A DNA stretch of 64,000 bases from an uncultured Chloroflexia bacterium (GCA_963810095.1 CAWEMM010000006.1:1792001-1856000), one strand, 5' to 3'. Counted from the first letter of the stretch, positions 19,173 to 29,949 are shown. Notes: generated by a model not told the origin, from the letters alone. Numbers and translations: made by a program.

Positions 19173-20450
19173 ATGGCGACACCCTGGAAGAGTCGTTACG
19201 CTCAGCGCAACCAGCGCATGAGCCGCTCGATTATTCGCGAGCTGCTTAAGTTCACACAGCAGCCGGACGTCATTTCGTTTGCCGGTGGCCTGCCCGCCCC
19301 TGAGTTGTTCCCGAAGGAAGAAGCGCAGGAAGCCGCCTGCCGGATGATCAGCGAGTACGGCGAGAAAGCGCTGCAATACGGCCCCACCGAGGGCCACATG
19401 CCGCTCCGGCGGTGGATCAGCGAACGGATGGTCCGTTACGGCATCCAGGCCGAGGCGGACAACGTCTTTATCACGACGGGCTCACAGCAGGCGCTGGACC
19501 TGATCGGCAAGTTACTCGTTAACCCGGGCGACCAGGTGCTGGTGGAGGAGCCCACGTACATGGGTGCGCTCCAGGCGTGGAATGCGTACCAGGCGGAATA
19601 CGCGGCCGTGCCCATCGACGATCACGGGCTGCGGACGGAGCTGCTGGAGGGCGCGCTTCGGGTTGGGCCGAAGTTCATGTACGTTTTGCCGAACTTTCAG
19701 AACCCAGGTGGCACGACTCTCTCCCTCGACAGGCGTCTCGAACTGGTCCGGTTGGCGAACAAGTACGGCATTCCGATCGTGGAAGATGATCCATACGGCG
19801 CATTGCGCTTTGAGGGCGAGCACCTGCCGCCCCTCGTGGCGCTGGATGCCGACTTCCAGGCGGGCGTGGGGCTGAATGGCCACGGCTTCATGGAAGGGAA
19901 CGTCATCTATCTGGGTACGTTCTCAAAGACGCTGGCACCCGGGCTGCGCCTCGGCTGGGTGGTTGCGCCAGTGGAGGTCATCGACCGTCTCGTCATGGCC
20001 AAACAGGGCACCGACCTGCAAACGTCGACGTTCGATCAGATGCTGGCCTGGGAAATGCTGAAAACAGGGTTCCTAGACGATCACATCAAGTTGATCCGCA
20101 AGGTCTACGGCGAGCGGCGGAACGTGATGATTGCGGCGATGGAGAAGTATTTCCCCGAGGGCTGTTCGTGGACGCTCCCTCAGGGCGGGCTGTTTCTGTG
20201 GGCACGCGTCCCCGAATGGATGGACACGGAGCCGCTGCTGCAGGAAGCCGTCCAGGCAAAGGTGGCTTTCGTGCCGGGATTTGCCTTTTACACCACCGCC
20301 GAGCGCGGACGGAACACGATGCGTCTCAATTTCTCGAACGCGCAGCCCGAGCAGATCGAAGAAGGCATTCGGCGGCTGGGCTTGCTGTTGCAGGCCAAGG
20401 TCACAGAACATAACCGGATGATGCAGAGGCCGGAGTTGACCCCGGCCTAA
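19173..20450 (+). CDS. PLP-dependent aminotransferase, class I/II (LysN/ARO8-like)
   Basis: SFAGGLP, LQYG, PNFQNPGG, EDDPYG, GTFSKTLAPGLRLGW, MRLNFS. Confidence 0.92.
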   Translation: MATPWKSRYAQRNQRMSRSIIRELLKFTQQPDVISFAGGLPAPELFPKEEAQEAACRMISEYGEKALQYGPTEGHMPLRRWISERMVRYGIQAEADNVFITTGSQQALDLIGKLLVNPGDQVLVEEPTYMGALQAWNAYQAEYAAVPIDDHGLRTELLEGALRVGPKFMYVLPNFQNPGGTTLSLDRRLELVRLANKYGIPIVEDDPYGALRFEGEHLPPLVALDADFQAGVGLNGHGFMEGNVIYLGTFSKTLAPGLRLGWVVAPVEVIDRLVMAKQGTDLQTSTFDQMLAWEMLKTGFLDDHIKLIRKVYGERRNVMIAAMEKYFPEGCSWTLPQGGLFLWARVPEWMDTEPLLQEAVQAKVAFVPGFAFYTTAERGRNTMRLNFSNAQPEQIEEGIRRLGLLLQAKVTEHNRMMQRPELTPA

Positions 20451-20481
20451 GTGGACAGCCCTTTCATAGGAGCATTTTTGT

Positions 20482-20928
20482 ATGGAACGAACGCGCGTGC
20501 GTGACATCATGACCAGCCCGGCCCTGACAATCGGACCGGATACTGCCGTCCCCGCGGCCATCGCGCTGATGCGGCAGCATAACATCCGTCACCTGCCGGT
20601 GGTGGAGAGCGGGCGCCTGGTCGGCATGATCAGCCGGGGCGACCTGCGCGAAGCGTCCATCACCGCCAGCATCAACGCCGACCAGTACGAGCTGCACTTC
20701 CTGCTCAACAAGCTGACGGTGGCCAATCTGATGTCGCGCAAGGTCCATACCGTGACGGCCGATGCGTTCGTGGTTCACGCTGCCGAGGTGATGACCGACA
20801 ACAAGATCGCCGGCCTGCCCGTGGTGGACGAGAAGGGCGCGGTGATCGGCATTGTCACCGAGTCGGATTTGCTGCGAATGCTGGTGGCGAAGCTGGGTGA
20901 AACTGAAGATGAGAGCGTAGTAGGATAG
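20482..20928 (+). CDS. CBS-domain protein (AcuB-like)
   Basis: VRDIMT, IRHLPVV, KIAGLPVV, GIVTESD. Confidence 0.9.
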   Translation: MERTRVRDIMTSPALTIGPDTAVPAAIALMRQHNIRHLPVVESGRLVGMISRGDLREASITASINADQYELHFLLNKLTVANLMSRKVHTVTADAFVVHAAEVMTDNKIAGLPVVDEKGAVIGIVTESDLLRMLVAKLGETEDESVVG

Positions 20929-20946
20929 GACAGGCTCTCGGAGATC

Positions 20947-20975
20947 AAAGGGGCGGCCGCGCGGCCGCCCCTTTT
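20947..20975. terminator. Bidirectional intrinsic terminator
   Basis: AAAGGGGCGGCCGC/GCGGCCGCCCCTTTT between convergent genes. Confidence 0.75.
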
Positions 20976-20979
20976 GCGT

Positions 20980-21984
20980 CTACTGGAACCGCCGCCAGTC
21001 TGCGAGCATCTCGGCCTCGCGTTCGGGAGTCAGGCCCGACTCGATGCCCATGCGGCTCTGCGGGCGTGCGCCGGGCGGCAGTGTGTGCATCCAGGCCAGC
21101 GTGTCGCGGGCAGTGTCTGCGAGCGGCCGGTAGGTGAGTCCTGCGCCAAGCGCCCTTTGCACGTCCACCCGGAAGAAGTAGCGGTACTCGGGCGGCACCC
21201 ACAAGGGTACGCCGTCGAGCGGCTGCACACCCTGACCCACCAGGAACTCGTCCGAAGCCCATACAAGGTTGGGTCGGGCTTCCGCCACCGTTGCGACTGT
21301 GGCCAACACATCGCCGAGCGAAAGCGGCACGAGCGGGCCGGTAGTGTTGAAAACACCCGAGACCTTCGTCTCGGCACAATGCAGCGCCCACGCTGCAATA
21401 TCGCGGCCGTCGATCAACTGCACCGGACTGGCGGGGCTGCCGGGCGCAAGGACGTCGCCGCCTTGCGGGATGCGGCGGAGCCAGTAGGGGAAGCGGTTGA
21501 GCGGATCGTAGGGGCCAACGATCAGCCCCGCTCGAATAATGTGCGAACGGCCCGGCAGCGCGCCGAGCACGCCGTCTTCGCAGAGTGCCTTGAGCGCGCC
21601 GTAGGTCCCCCCCGTTACTTCCTCCACGTTGGGATCGTCCAAGCTCTCTAACGGCGAGTTTTCGTCTACGGGCACGGAGAAGTCGTGATACACCGACAGG
21701 CTGGAGATGAAGACATAGTGGCCCACTGAGCCGGACAGCATTTCGGCGGAGGCCTTGACGACCCGCGGTACGTACCCGCTTGTGTCGACGGCCACGTCCC
21801 ACGAACGCCCCCGCAATGCGCTCAAGTCGCTCGCCCGGTCGCCCAGGAGTTTTTCGACTTCGGGGTACAGGTCCGGGTTCGTCTTTCCGCGATTAAAGAG
21901 CGTGACCCTGTGGCCCTGGCCGAGCGCCGTCTCGACAAAATGGCGTCCCAGGAATTGCGTTCCGCCGATGATCAGGACCTTCAT
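20980..21984 (-). CDS. NAD-dependent epimerase/dehydratase (atypical SDR, isoflavone-reductase-like)
   Basis: GGTQFLG, FNRG, YVFISSLSVY, YGALK, GPYDP. Confidence 0.9.
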   Translation of the reverse strand: MKVLIIGGTQFLGRHFVETALGQGHRVTLFNRGKTNPDLYPEVEKLLGDRASDLSALRGRSWDVAVDTSGYVPRVVKASAEMLSGSVGHYVFISSLSVYHDFSVPVDENSPLESLDDPNVEEVTGGTYGALKALCEDGVLGALPGRSHIIRAGLIVGPYDPLNRFPYWLRRIPQGGDVLAPGSPASPVQLIDGRDIAAWALHCAETKVSGVFNTTGPLVPLSLGDVLATVATVAEARPNLVWASDEFLVGQGVQPLDGVPLWVPPEYRYFFRVDVQRALGAGLTYRPLADTARDTLAWMHTLPPGARPQSRMGIESGLTPEREAEMLADWRRFQ

Positions 21985-22164
21985 CCCCACCTCCCACCGT
22001 CTCACAACTCGCCCAATCGTATCCGCACGCAGCGCCAGCAGAGGTAAGGCAGGCTCCAGTCGCCCTGCGCGTCACGCCTCGGGGCGGTAGAGCACTGCGC
22101 CATCGATATCTCCTCACGGAACTTTTCCAATCGCCCCTCGTCTCAAACGGTAGGAGGTTGCCCA

Positions 22165-23010
22165 ATGAATACCCATTTGCATCGCTCGTTGATCATCGTG
22201 TTGGTTCTCGCACTGTTCACTGTGATTCTGGCCGCTTGTTTTCCCCCCACCGGCCTGCCCACGGGCAGCACATCCGGCGGTCCGACCGCCTCTGCCACCG
22301 GGACGGGCTCTTCGTCGATGAACACCATCGAGGGAGATTGGCAGCTGGTGACCGTTGGCGGAGTGCCGGCGGTGCCGGGCTCGGAAGCGACCATGCTGCT
22401 TGGCGGAGGCCGCGTGACCGGCAGCACCGGCTGTAACCGCTACACCGGGTCCTACACGTTGAGCGGCACGGACGGCATCAAGTTCGGCCAGCTTGCATCG
22501 ACCATGATCGCATGCGCCGGCGCGGTGATGGTGCAGGAGCAGGCATTCAACGCGGCGTTGGCCGCGACTACTACCTACTCGCTCTCTGGCACTGCCTTGA
22601 CCTTCAGGGACACGGCGGGCAAGGAGTTGGCGACGTTTCAACCGCGCGCCTCTGCCGCGCTGACCGGCACGACGTGGGTCGCGCTCGGCATCAACAACGG
22701 CAAGCAGGCCGTGCAGTCGGCGATTTCGGGGACGGAAGTGACGGCCGTGTTCGGCACCGACGGCACGCTCAGCGGCAAGGCGGGCTGCAACACGTACACT
22801 GCCGCGTACACTGTCGACGGCGGCAAGATGACGATCAAGGCGCCGGCGAGCACGCGGATGTTCTGCGCCGAGCCCGCAGGCGTCATGGAGCAGGAGGCGG
22901 CTTATCTCGCCGCGTTGGAGAAGGTCGCCACGTACAGCATCGACGGCAACCGCCTCGAGCTGCGGGCGGCAGATGGCGCGCTGCAGGCGGACTACACCGC
23001 GCAGCAGTAA
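22165..23010 (+). CDS. Lipoprotein with two META (HslJ-like) domains
   Basis: Lipobox LAAC; two repeats of GxxGCNxY...ASTxxxC...MxQE. Confidence 0.9.
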   Translation: MNTHLHRSLIIVLVLALFTVILAACFPPTGLPTGSTSGGPTASATGTGSSSMNTIEGDWQLVTVGGVPAVPGSEATMLLGGGRVTGSTGCNRYTGSYTLSGTDGIKFGQLASTMIACAGAVMVQEQAFNAALAATTTYSLSGTALTFRDTAGKELATFQPRASAALTGTTWVALGINNGKQAVQSAISGTEVTAVFGTDGTLSGKAGCNTYTAAYTVDGGKMTIKAPASTRMFCAEPAGVMEQEAAYLAALEKVATYSIDGNRLELRAADGALQADYTAQQ

Positions 23011-23052
23011 CGCGGGCGCATAACCCTCGCTCGGCCTTGGCCGAGCCGCACG

Positions 23053-23088
23053 GGCCTTCGGGTTTCAGCTGAGACCCGAAGGCCTTTT
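23053..23088 (+). terminator. Stem-loop terminator / REP-like palindrome
   Basis: GGCCTTCGGGTTTCAGCTGAGACCCGAAGGCC followed by TTTT. Confidence 0.65.
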
Positions 23089-23106
23089 GTAAAGCGAGGC
23101 GGGCAG

Positions 23107-23736
23107 ATGAAGTCGTATGATTACTCGACGCGGCAGGGGATTCTCCCGGTTTCGTGGGAAGACTTCCACGGCTTGTGTATCGCGTTGGCGCTTTCAGTCG
23201 AGCCCTTTCGGCCCGAGCTGATCTTGCCCGTGGGACGGGGAGGCTACTACCCGGGCGCGCTGCTCTCGCACCTGCTGCAGGCTGAGGTGTATCCCGTACG
23301 GCTGTCTCGCCGCATGAACGACGTGGTCCAGCACGACACCCCGCGGTGGCTGCAGGAGCCGCCGACCCTGGTCGCGGGGCGCCGCGTGCTGGTGGTCGAC
23401 GAGATCAGCAGCAGCGGCGAGACCCTCCGCATGGTGCGCAGGCAGGTGCTGGAGCTGGGCGCGGCCGAGGTCCGCAGCGCGGTGTTGTATGCACATACGT
23501 GGGGCGTAGCCGAGCCCGACTACATCGGGCTGATCAGCGACGCACTTCTGATCAACCCTTGGGACAGGGAAATTGTGCGCAATGGCGTGCTCCAGGCGCA
23601 TCCGGAATACGTGGCCGCGCTTGCGCAGCAGGGGCTTGCGCAGCAAGGGCTGGCACCAGACCGGTTCCTCTTGATTCCGGCCACGCCGTTCGAGGTGGCC
23701 AAGCGCCCCGAGCCAGGGGTAGGCGCCGCCGCCTAG
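23107..23736 (+). CDS. Type I phosphoribosyltransferase family protein
   Basis: PRPP-binding loop VLVVDEISSSGETL; GRGG; C-terminal NPWD. Confidence 0.88.
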   Translation: MKSYDYSTRQGILPVSWEDFHGLCIALALSVEPFRPELILPVGRGGYYPGALLSHLLQAEVYPVRLSRRMNDVVQHDTPRWLQEPPTLVAGRRVLVVDEISSSGETLRMVRRQVLELGAAEVRSAVLYAHTWGVAEPDYIGLISDALLINPWDREIVRNGVLQAHPEYVAALAQQGLAQQGLAPDRFLLIPATPFEVAKRPEPGVGAAA

Positions 23737-23738
23737 GG

Positions 23739-24305
23739 CTAAGCGAGCAGTTCCGCCGCCATGCGCCGGGCTAACGCCTCGGCACGCGGCGCGTCCTGCA
23801 AGGGCGAGGAGCAGTCGTCCAGCACGTACATCCCCGCAACCACGCCACCCGTGTAGTCCATCTGCCGTTGGAACATGGGCAGCGTGAGGTCGGCATTGTC
23901 GGCCGCGCCCCCGCCGCACGTCAGCAGCAGCGCGCTGCGCACGCCCGCCAGCAAGCGTGCGGCCACTTCTCCGGACTCCCACTTTACCGTGCAATAGTGG
24001 CGGTCGATGAGCGCCTTCATCTGGGCAGGGACGTTCCAGCAGTAAACGCCGGCCGCGTAAACCGCCAGGTCCGCCTGCCGCACCTGTCGCAAGATGTCTT
24101 CGCACTCGTCCGCCTGCGCGCAGCTGAAATCAGCCAGGTCGCCCTGGCACGCGTCACAGCCCAGGCATCCCCCAACCTCGTAATCCACGAGGTTCACCCG
24201 GGTCACCGTATGCGCCGCGCCGGTGACGAGCTTCTCGAACCTGCTCAGCACGGCATCGGTATTGCCGTGCTTTCTCGGGCTGCCCAGAATGGTAAGTACG
24301 TGCAT
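23739..24305 (-). CDS. Flavodoxin-family iron-sulfur flavoprotein
   Basis: GSPRKHGNT, CLGCDACQ..C, MKALIDR. Confidence 0.9.
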   Translation of the reverse strand: MHVLTILGSPRKHGNTDAVLSRFEKLVTGAAHTVTRVNLVDYEVGGCLGCDACQGDLADFSCAQADECEDILRQVRQADLAVYAAGVYCWNVPAQMKALIDRHYCTVKWESGEVAARLLAGVRSALLLTCGGGAADNADLTLPMFQRQMDYTGGVVAGMYVLDDCSSPLQDAPRAEALARRMAAELLA

Positions 24306-24367
24306 GGTATACTTCCTCGGATTGATTCTGTCGTCAATCGGGCGGATAGCCGTTTGGGAGTTGCGTT

Positions 24368-24904
24368 ATGTTGATAGCTACGATTGAGGGCGGCGTTGAG
24401 TTGCGCTTGTTGGAGCTGCGTCACGCGGCCGAATACTACCGGCTGGTGGCCGACAATTACGACCGGCTCTACTGGCTGCCGAGCGAGCCTACCCCCGAAA
24501 GCACGGAGCGCCGGTTGCGCGCCGGCCTGGTCCGGTTTGCCGAGGGGACGGGCATCGACGCGGGGATCTGGGATCACGGTGCGCTGGTGGGCTTCATCGG
24601 CCTGTTCGACATCGATCCTTCGTTCCTCAGCGCGGAAATGGGCTACTGGGTTGACAAGAGCGTCCAGGGACGCGGATTCGTCACCCGGGCCGCGCAAGTC
24701 ATGCTCAAGTACGCCTTCGAAGAGTTGAAACTGCACCGGGTTGAGCTGCGCTGCGCCGCCACGAATGAGCGCAGCATGTCGGTGGCACAGCGGCTGGGTT
24801 TTCGGCTGGAGGGCCGGCTGGTCAAGGCCGATCGCATCGGGAGCGAATGGGTTGATTTTCTGATTTACGGCCTGCTCGAAGAGGAGTGGGCGTCTCACGC
24901 TTAG
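24368..24904 (+). CDS. RimJ/RimL-type GNAT acetyltransferase
   Basis: AEMGYWV, QGRGFVT, NERSMSVAQRLGFRLEG. Confidence 0.9.
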   Translation: MLIATIEGGVELRLLELRHAAEYYRLVADNYDRLYWLPSEPTPESTERRLRAGLVRFAEGTGIDAGIWDHGALVGFIGLFDIDPSFLSAEMGYWVDKSVQGRGFVTRAAQVMLKYAFEELKLHRVELRCAATNERSMSVAQRLGFRLEGRLVKADRIGSEWVDFLIYGLLEEEWASHA

Positions 24905-25989
24905 GAGAGGGTTTCTTCCGGCCCTTTCCGGTGCCCATTGACGTACTTGCCGGCAGGCTGGCGGGCGGCCCACACCAGGACGGCGAAGGCAGCCGCGCCC
25001 AACACTGCGAGTGCGATCACCTTATAGACCCGATTTTCGAGCAGCAGTGCGAGTGCACCGAAGATCGCGCAGAATGCGTAGTAGGCCAGGACAATCTGGC
25101 GCTGCGTGAAGCCGATGTCGAGCAGCCGGTGGTGCAGGTGGTCCCGGCCGTTGTGGCCCGGATGGCCGTGGTTGCGCGTCCGGTTGTAGATGAGCCACGC
25201 CACGTCGAGGATGGGAAGGCCCATGGCCAACAGGACCGTGGCCACCTTCGCGCCGCCGATAATCCCCAGCGCAGCCACTGCCCACCCCAGGAAGTACGAT
25301 CCGCCGCTCCCCATGAAGATCTTGGCCGGGTTGAAGTTGTACGGCAGGAAGCCGAGCGCGGCGCCCACCAGCGCCAGCGGCAGCAGCGCGACGCTGAACT
25401 GGCCCTCGCGCAGCATGTGGATGCAGATGAAGGCGGCGACGATGGCCGAGACGCCCGCGGCCAGCCCATCGAGCCCGTCGAGCCAGTTCACCGTGTTCAT
25501 CATGCCGGTGAACCAGAAGACGGTCAGCAGGCCCACGATGTACCAGGGGAAAACGATCTGTTCGTTCGTGAATGGGTTATTGACCTTCTGAATCCAGATC
25601 GTAAAGGCCAGGCCGAGCAGCGCCGCGAAAAACTGGCCGACGTACTGCTGGCGGCTGGTTAGCTCCAGCCGGTCGTCCACGAGGCCAAAGATGAAGATGG
25701 CGGTGACGCCGATGAGCAGCCCGGTCAGCCGGGTTAGTTCGCCGGGGTCGAGCCGCGGGGGGAACATGCGGGTGGGCAGAAAGAGGGTGAGCAGCACGGC
25801 TGCGACGAAGCCGGCATACATGGCCACGCCCCCGGTGCGCGGGATCGCGCCGCGGTGTTTCCGCCGCCCGCCCGGCCGGTCCTGCACGTCGAGCCTGCGC
25901 CCGACGCGCCGCGCGATGGGCGTAACGCCCAGCGCGATCAGGAACGCGACGGCGAAGACGAGCAGGAATCCGGGCAGGTAGGATGGCAT
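24901..25989 (-). CDS. Polyprenyl-phosphate GlcNAc-1-phosphate transferase (WecA/TagO, MraY superfamily)
   Basis: GLVDD, NTVNWLDGLDGL, NFNPAKIFMG, HLHHRL. Confidence 0.9.
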   Translation of the reverse strand: MPSYLPGFLLVFAVAFLIALGVTPIARRVGRRLDVQDRPGGRRKHRGAIPRTGGVAMYAGFVAAVLLTLFLPTRMFPPRLDPGELTRLTGLLIGVTAIFIFGLVDDRLELTSRQQYVGQFFAALLGLAFTIWIQKVNNPFTNEQIVFPWYIVGLLTVFWFTGMMNTVNWLDGLDGLAAGVSAIVAAFICIHMLREGQFSVALLPLALVGAALGFLPYNFNPAKIFMGSGGSYFLGWAVAALGIIGGAKVATVLLAMGLPILDVAWLIYNRTRNHGHPGHNGRDHLHHRLLDIGFTQRQIVLAYYAFCAIFGALALLLENRVYKVIALAVLGAAAFAVLVWAARQPAGKYVNGHRKGPEETLS

Positions 25990-26003
25990 GGTGGGATGTG
26001 GTC

Positions 26004-26063
26004 GTCGGGGCGAGGCATTCGGCAGCGGCAATCGGTCGCCGGTGCCAGATGCCTCGCCCCTAC
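26004..26063. repeat. GTAG-type REP palindrome
   Basis: GTCGGGGCGAGGCAT...ATGCCTCGCCCCTAC (reads GTAGGGGCGAGGCAT on the minus strand). Confidence 0.7.
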
Positions 26064-26070
26064 ACGTGCG

Positions 26071-27414
26071 TTACGGCCGCAGGCGGCCGAGCATTCTCGG
26101 GAAGGCGATGGTTTCGCGGATGTGGTCGAGCCCGCAGATCCACGACACCGTGCGCTCGACGCCGAGGCCGAAACCACTATGCGGGACCGAGCCATATCTG
26201 CGCAGGTCGATGTACCACTGGTACGCCTCCCGCGGCAGCTCGTGCCGGTCGATCGCGGCGAGCAGCACTTCCGGGTCGCTCATGCGCTCGGAGCCGCCGA
26301 TGATTTCGCCGTAGCCCTCTGGCGCGAGAAGGTCGGACGAGCGGCACACCTCGGGGCGCCCCGGCTCCGGCTCCATGTAGAATGCCTTCACCGCAGTAGG
26401 GTAGTGATGGACGAAGACAGGCTTGTCGAACTGGCCGGCGATGTAGGTCTCGTGCGGCGAACCGAAGTCGCCGCCCCACTCGATGGGCGGCAGCGGGTCG
26501 TCGTTCGGAGGCACGGTCACGCCCTGGGCCGACGCCGCGTTGATCATCTCCACGGCCTTGTCGTAGCTGATACGGTGGAACGGAGCGACGACCCGCTCCA
26601 GGTGCGATGTGTCACGTTCCAGCAGCTTGAGTTCGGCCGCCCGCTCGCGCAGCGTGGTCTGGACGATGTAGCTGACGTACTGCTCTTCGATCTCCAGCAG
26701 TTGTTCGAGCTTGCAGAAGGCGATCTCGGGCTCGACCATCCAGAATTCCTGCAGATGGCGGCGCGTCTTCGACTTCTCGGCGCGGAAGGTCGGCCCGAAG
26801 CAGTAGACCTTACCGAAAGCGAAGATGTTCGCCTCGTTGTAGAGCTGGCCGGTCTGCGCGAGAAACGCGTCTTCGCCGTGAAAGTCGGTTTTGAAGAGAG
26901 TCGTCGTGCCTTCGGCCGCCGACGGGGTGAGGATGGGTGTGTCGACGAGGATGAAGCCGTTATCGTCCAGCCAATCGCGCATGGCCTTGATGATGGTCGC
27001 GCGGATGCGGAGGATGGCCCACTGGCGAGAGGAGCGCAGCCACAAGTGCCGGTTGTCCATCAGGAACTCGACGCCGTGCTCCTTGGGAGCGATGGGGAAT
27101 TCCTCGGACTCCTGGACGGCCTGGAGGTCGGTGACGTCCAACTCGAAGCCGCCCGGCACGCCCGGCGCACGTTCGTCGGCCCGCACGTTGCCGGTGACGA
27201 CCAGCGAGGATTCGAGCGGCAGCCGCTTGGCCGCCTCAAAGACCTCTTCCGAGACGTTGCCCTTGAAGATGACGGCCTGGATGAAGCCGGTGCCGTCGCG
27301 TAAGCGCAGGAACTGCAGCTTGCCTTTGCCGGTCTTGAGTTGCAGCCAGCCCTGGAGGGTGACCTGTTCGCCGGCGTGCCCGGCGACGTCCTCGATACGG
27401 ATGATCTCAGCCAT
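26071..27414 (-). CDS. asnS: Asparagine--tRNA ligase
   Basis: [56 protein letters not shown]. Confidence 0.96.
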   Translation of the reverse strand: MAEIIRIEDVAGHAGEQVTLQGWLQLKTGKGKLQFLRLRDGTGFIQAVIFKGNVSEEVFEAAKRLPLESSLVVTGNVRADERAPGVPGGFELDVTDLQAVQESEEFPIAPKEHGVEFLMDNRHLWLRSSRQWAILRIRATIIKAMRDWLDDNGFILVDTPILTPSAAEGTTTLFKTDFHGEDAFLAQTGQLYNEANIFAFGKVYCFGPTFRAEKSKTRRHLQEFWMVEPEIAFCKLEQLLEIEEQYVSYIVQTTLRERAAELKLLERDTSHLERVVAPFHRISYDKAVEMINAASAQGVTVPPNDDPLPPIEWGGDFGSPHETYIAGQFDKPVFVHHYPTAVKAFYMEPEPGRPEVCRSSDLLAPEGYGEIIGGSERMSDPEVLLAAIDRHELPREAYQWYIDLRRYGSVPHSGFGLGVERTVSWICGLDHIRETIAFPRMLGRLRP

Positions 27415-27513
27415 GAGTGCTCCGCGAATGAAGGGTGTTGCGTCGCACGACGCGTGTGAGACGGAACGTGCGAGATTTAACAGACGGGATTATATCACGG
27501 GCTGCGGATGCTG

Positions 27514-28864
27514 TCACACCCGTTCCACCCGGACGCGCTCGATCTTGGGTCCCTCCATCTTTATGACGGTCAAGCGGATGTTGCGGTCGGGTCCGGGGTG
27601 CTCGTACAGCAGGTAGTCGCCCACTTTGGGGATGCGCCGCCATTGAAATAGGAGGAAGCCCGCCACGGTCTCGTAGTCGGGCGCGGTGGGAAGATCTGTG
27701 CCGAGAAGCTCGTTGACCTCGTCGACGCGCGTCTGCGCGTCGATGTCGTAGACATCCTCCCGCTCGGTGCGCACGAGCGGCGCCTCGTTCACCCATTCGT
27801 CGGTCAGCCGGCCCACCACCTCTTCGGCCAGCTCCTCCGTCGTGACGAGCCCGGCCGTCCCGCCGTACTCGTCGATTACGATCGCCATGTGCTGCCGGTC
27901 GCGGCGCATCTGGTTGAAGAGGCTGCCGATCTTGCCGCGTCTCGGGCGTCACGAGCGCGGGCTGGATCACGTCCAGCTCGGCCAGCGTGCGACTGACCGC
28001 CGACGGGTCTTCGATGACGACCGGCAGCACTTCCTTCATCGTCAGGACCCCGACGATGTGATCCAGGTCGTCATCATAAACCGGGAAGCGCGAGTGGCGT
28101 TCCTGGGTGAAGATCAGCAAGAGCTCGCCCAGCGTGCTGTCTTTCTCCACCGCGACGATGTCGGTCCGCGGGATCATCGCCTCACGCACGTACCGCTCGC
28201 TGAACTCGAGCGCGCGGACGAGCATTTGCTGCTCGCCTGCGTTGATCACGCCGCCTTGGCCGCTCTCGACCACCACGTCCTTGAGTTCCTGAACGTTGTG
28301 AATGCCATGCCCACCCGTCTCGCCCCGGATGCCAAGGAGGCGCAGCACGCCCGAGGTCGAGCGGTCGACCAGCCAGACCAACGGGGTGGCGAGTCGGGCA
28401 AACAACGTCATGGGGCGGGCGATGAACAACGCGGCCTGCGTCGGGTAACGCAGCGCGATGGTTTTCGGCGTCTGTTCGCCGATGACCATGTGGAGGAACG
28501 AAAGCAGAAGCAGCACGAGGATGGTTGCCAGGGCCGTCGCGATAGCCGGCGGGATCGAGGCTGCACCGAACACGCGCGTCAGCACCGGCGACAGCAGCGC
28601 GTTGAGCGGCTCTTCAGCCACCACGCCCAGCAGGATCGACGCAACCGTGATACCGAGCTGCGAGCCCGCGATCGCCCAATCGGTATCGGCCAGCAGATGG
28701 GTCACCTGCCGGGCAGCATGGTTGCCCTCTTCTGCCAGGCGCTCCATCTGCCCGCGGCGCACGGTGACGATGGCGAACTCGACCGTCACAAAGAACGCGT
28801 TCGCCAGGATGATCAGCACCCCGGCCAGGATGGGCCAGAGCAGACTCGCTTGCTCGTGTGGCAT
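27514..28864 (-). CDS. Hemolysin-family / CNNM transporter (DUF21 + CBS pair + CorC_HlyC); frameshift near 27935
   Basis: NAFFVTVEFA, QLGIT, GEQTPK, MIPRTD, HSRFPVY; second frame carries IVIDEYGGTAGLVT. Confidence 0.92.
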
Positions 28865-29022
28865 TTCCGGTCACTCCTCAGCGGCAGTTAACCACAGAGT
28901 GACTGTAGCGCGCAAGCGTCGCACCCCTGCGCACCCACGCGCCACTTCCCCTGCCTGCGGCCTGTCAAAGCGCGGGTCGACGGGCAACGCGGCGGGTTTC
29001 GCACTTGTGCTATACTCTCCCT

Positions 29023-29949
29023 ATGCAGCTTGGCGTTGGCACGGCCCCGGGGAAAGTAATCCTGTTCGGCGAACATGCCGTCGTCTATGGCCGGCCGGCA
29101 CTGGCCGCGCCCGTGACGCAGGTGTGCGCGACCGTGGTCGTGCAGGAAGGTGAGCCGGGACAGGGGCTCGTCATCCATGCGCTGGACCTGGCGCAGCAGG
29201 TGCGCCCGGACGAGGACGGGCATCCGCTGGCAGAGGCGGTGCGTCTGGGCCTGAAATGGCTGGGGCTGGCCGAACCAGACTGGGACGCGGATGTTTCGTC
29301 GACCATTCCCATTGCCAGCGGGCTGGGCAGCGGGGCTGCGGTCTCGGTTGCGCTGCTGCGGGGCCTCGCAGCGGCGGCCGGACGGGAGTTCTCTGCAGCG
29401 GAGGTGTCGGCCTTGGCGTACGAGGTCGAGCGTCTGCACCATGGGACGCCCAGCGGCGTCGATAACACGGTCGTCGCGTACGGCCAGCCGGTGTATTTCG
29501 TGCGTGGGCGTGCGCCGCAACCTTTCACGATCGGGCGACCGTTCCTCCTGGCGATTGGGGACACGGGCATTGCGAGCCCCACAAAGGTCGCGGTTGGCGA
29601 CGTGCGGGCGGCGTGGCAGCGTGAGCCGGAACGCTACGAAGCGCTCTTCGACCGGGTCGGGGCTATTGTGGAAGCGGCCAGAGACGCGATCTCGGAAGGC
29701 CGGCCCGAAGTGCTCGGCCCGCTGATGGACGCGAACCACGCGCTGCTCCAGCAGATCGGCGTTTCGAGCCCCGAACTGGACGCCCTGGTTTGCGCGGCGA
29801 ACGCTGCAGGCGCGGGCGGCGCGAAACTGTGCGGCGGCGGTCGCGGGGGCAACATGATCGCCCTTGTGACGCCGGACACGGCAGAGCGGGTCGCCGGGGC
29901 ACTACGGGCTGCCGGCGCAGTGCGCGTCATCGTGACGGAGATTGCATAG
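29023..29949 (+). CDS. mvk: Mevalonate kinase
   Basis: APGKVILFGEHAVVYG, IPIASGLGSGAA, HGTPSGVDN, GAKLCGGGRGG. Confidence 0.95.
   Translation: MQLGVGTAPGKVILFGEHAVVYGRPALAAPVTQVCATVVVQEGEPGQGLVIHALDLAQQVRPDEDGHPLAEAVRLGLKWLGLAEPDWDADVSSTIPIASGLGSGAAVSVALLRGLAAAAGREFSAAEVSALAYEVERLHHGTPSGVDNTVVAYGQPVYFVRGRAPQPFTIGRPFLLAIGDTGIASPTKVAVGDVRAAWQREPERYEALFDRVGAIVEAARDAISEGRPEVLGPLMDANHALLQQIGVSSPELDALVCAANAAGAGGAKLCGGGRGGNMIALVTPDTAERVAGALRAAGAVRVIVTEIA

Noticed and set aside
23620-23654. 15-nt tandem duplication (LAQQG x2) in the phosphoribosyltransferase
   Set aside because: A simple in-frame slippage in a variable C-terminal tail with no sign of function.
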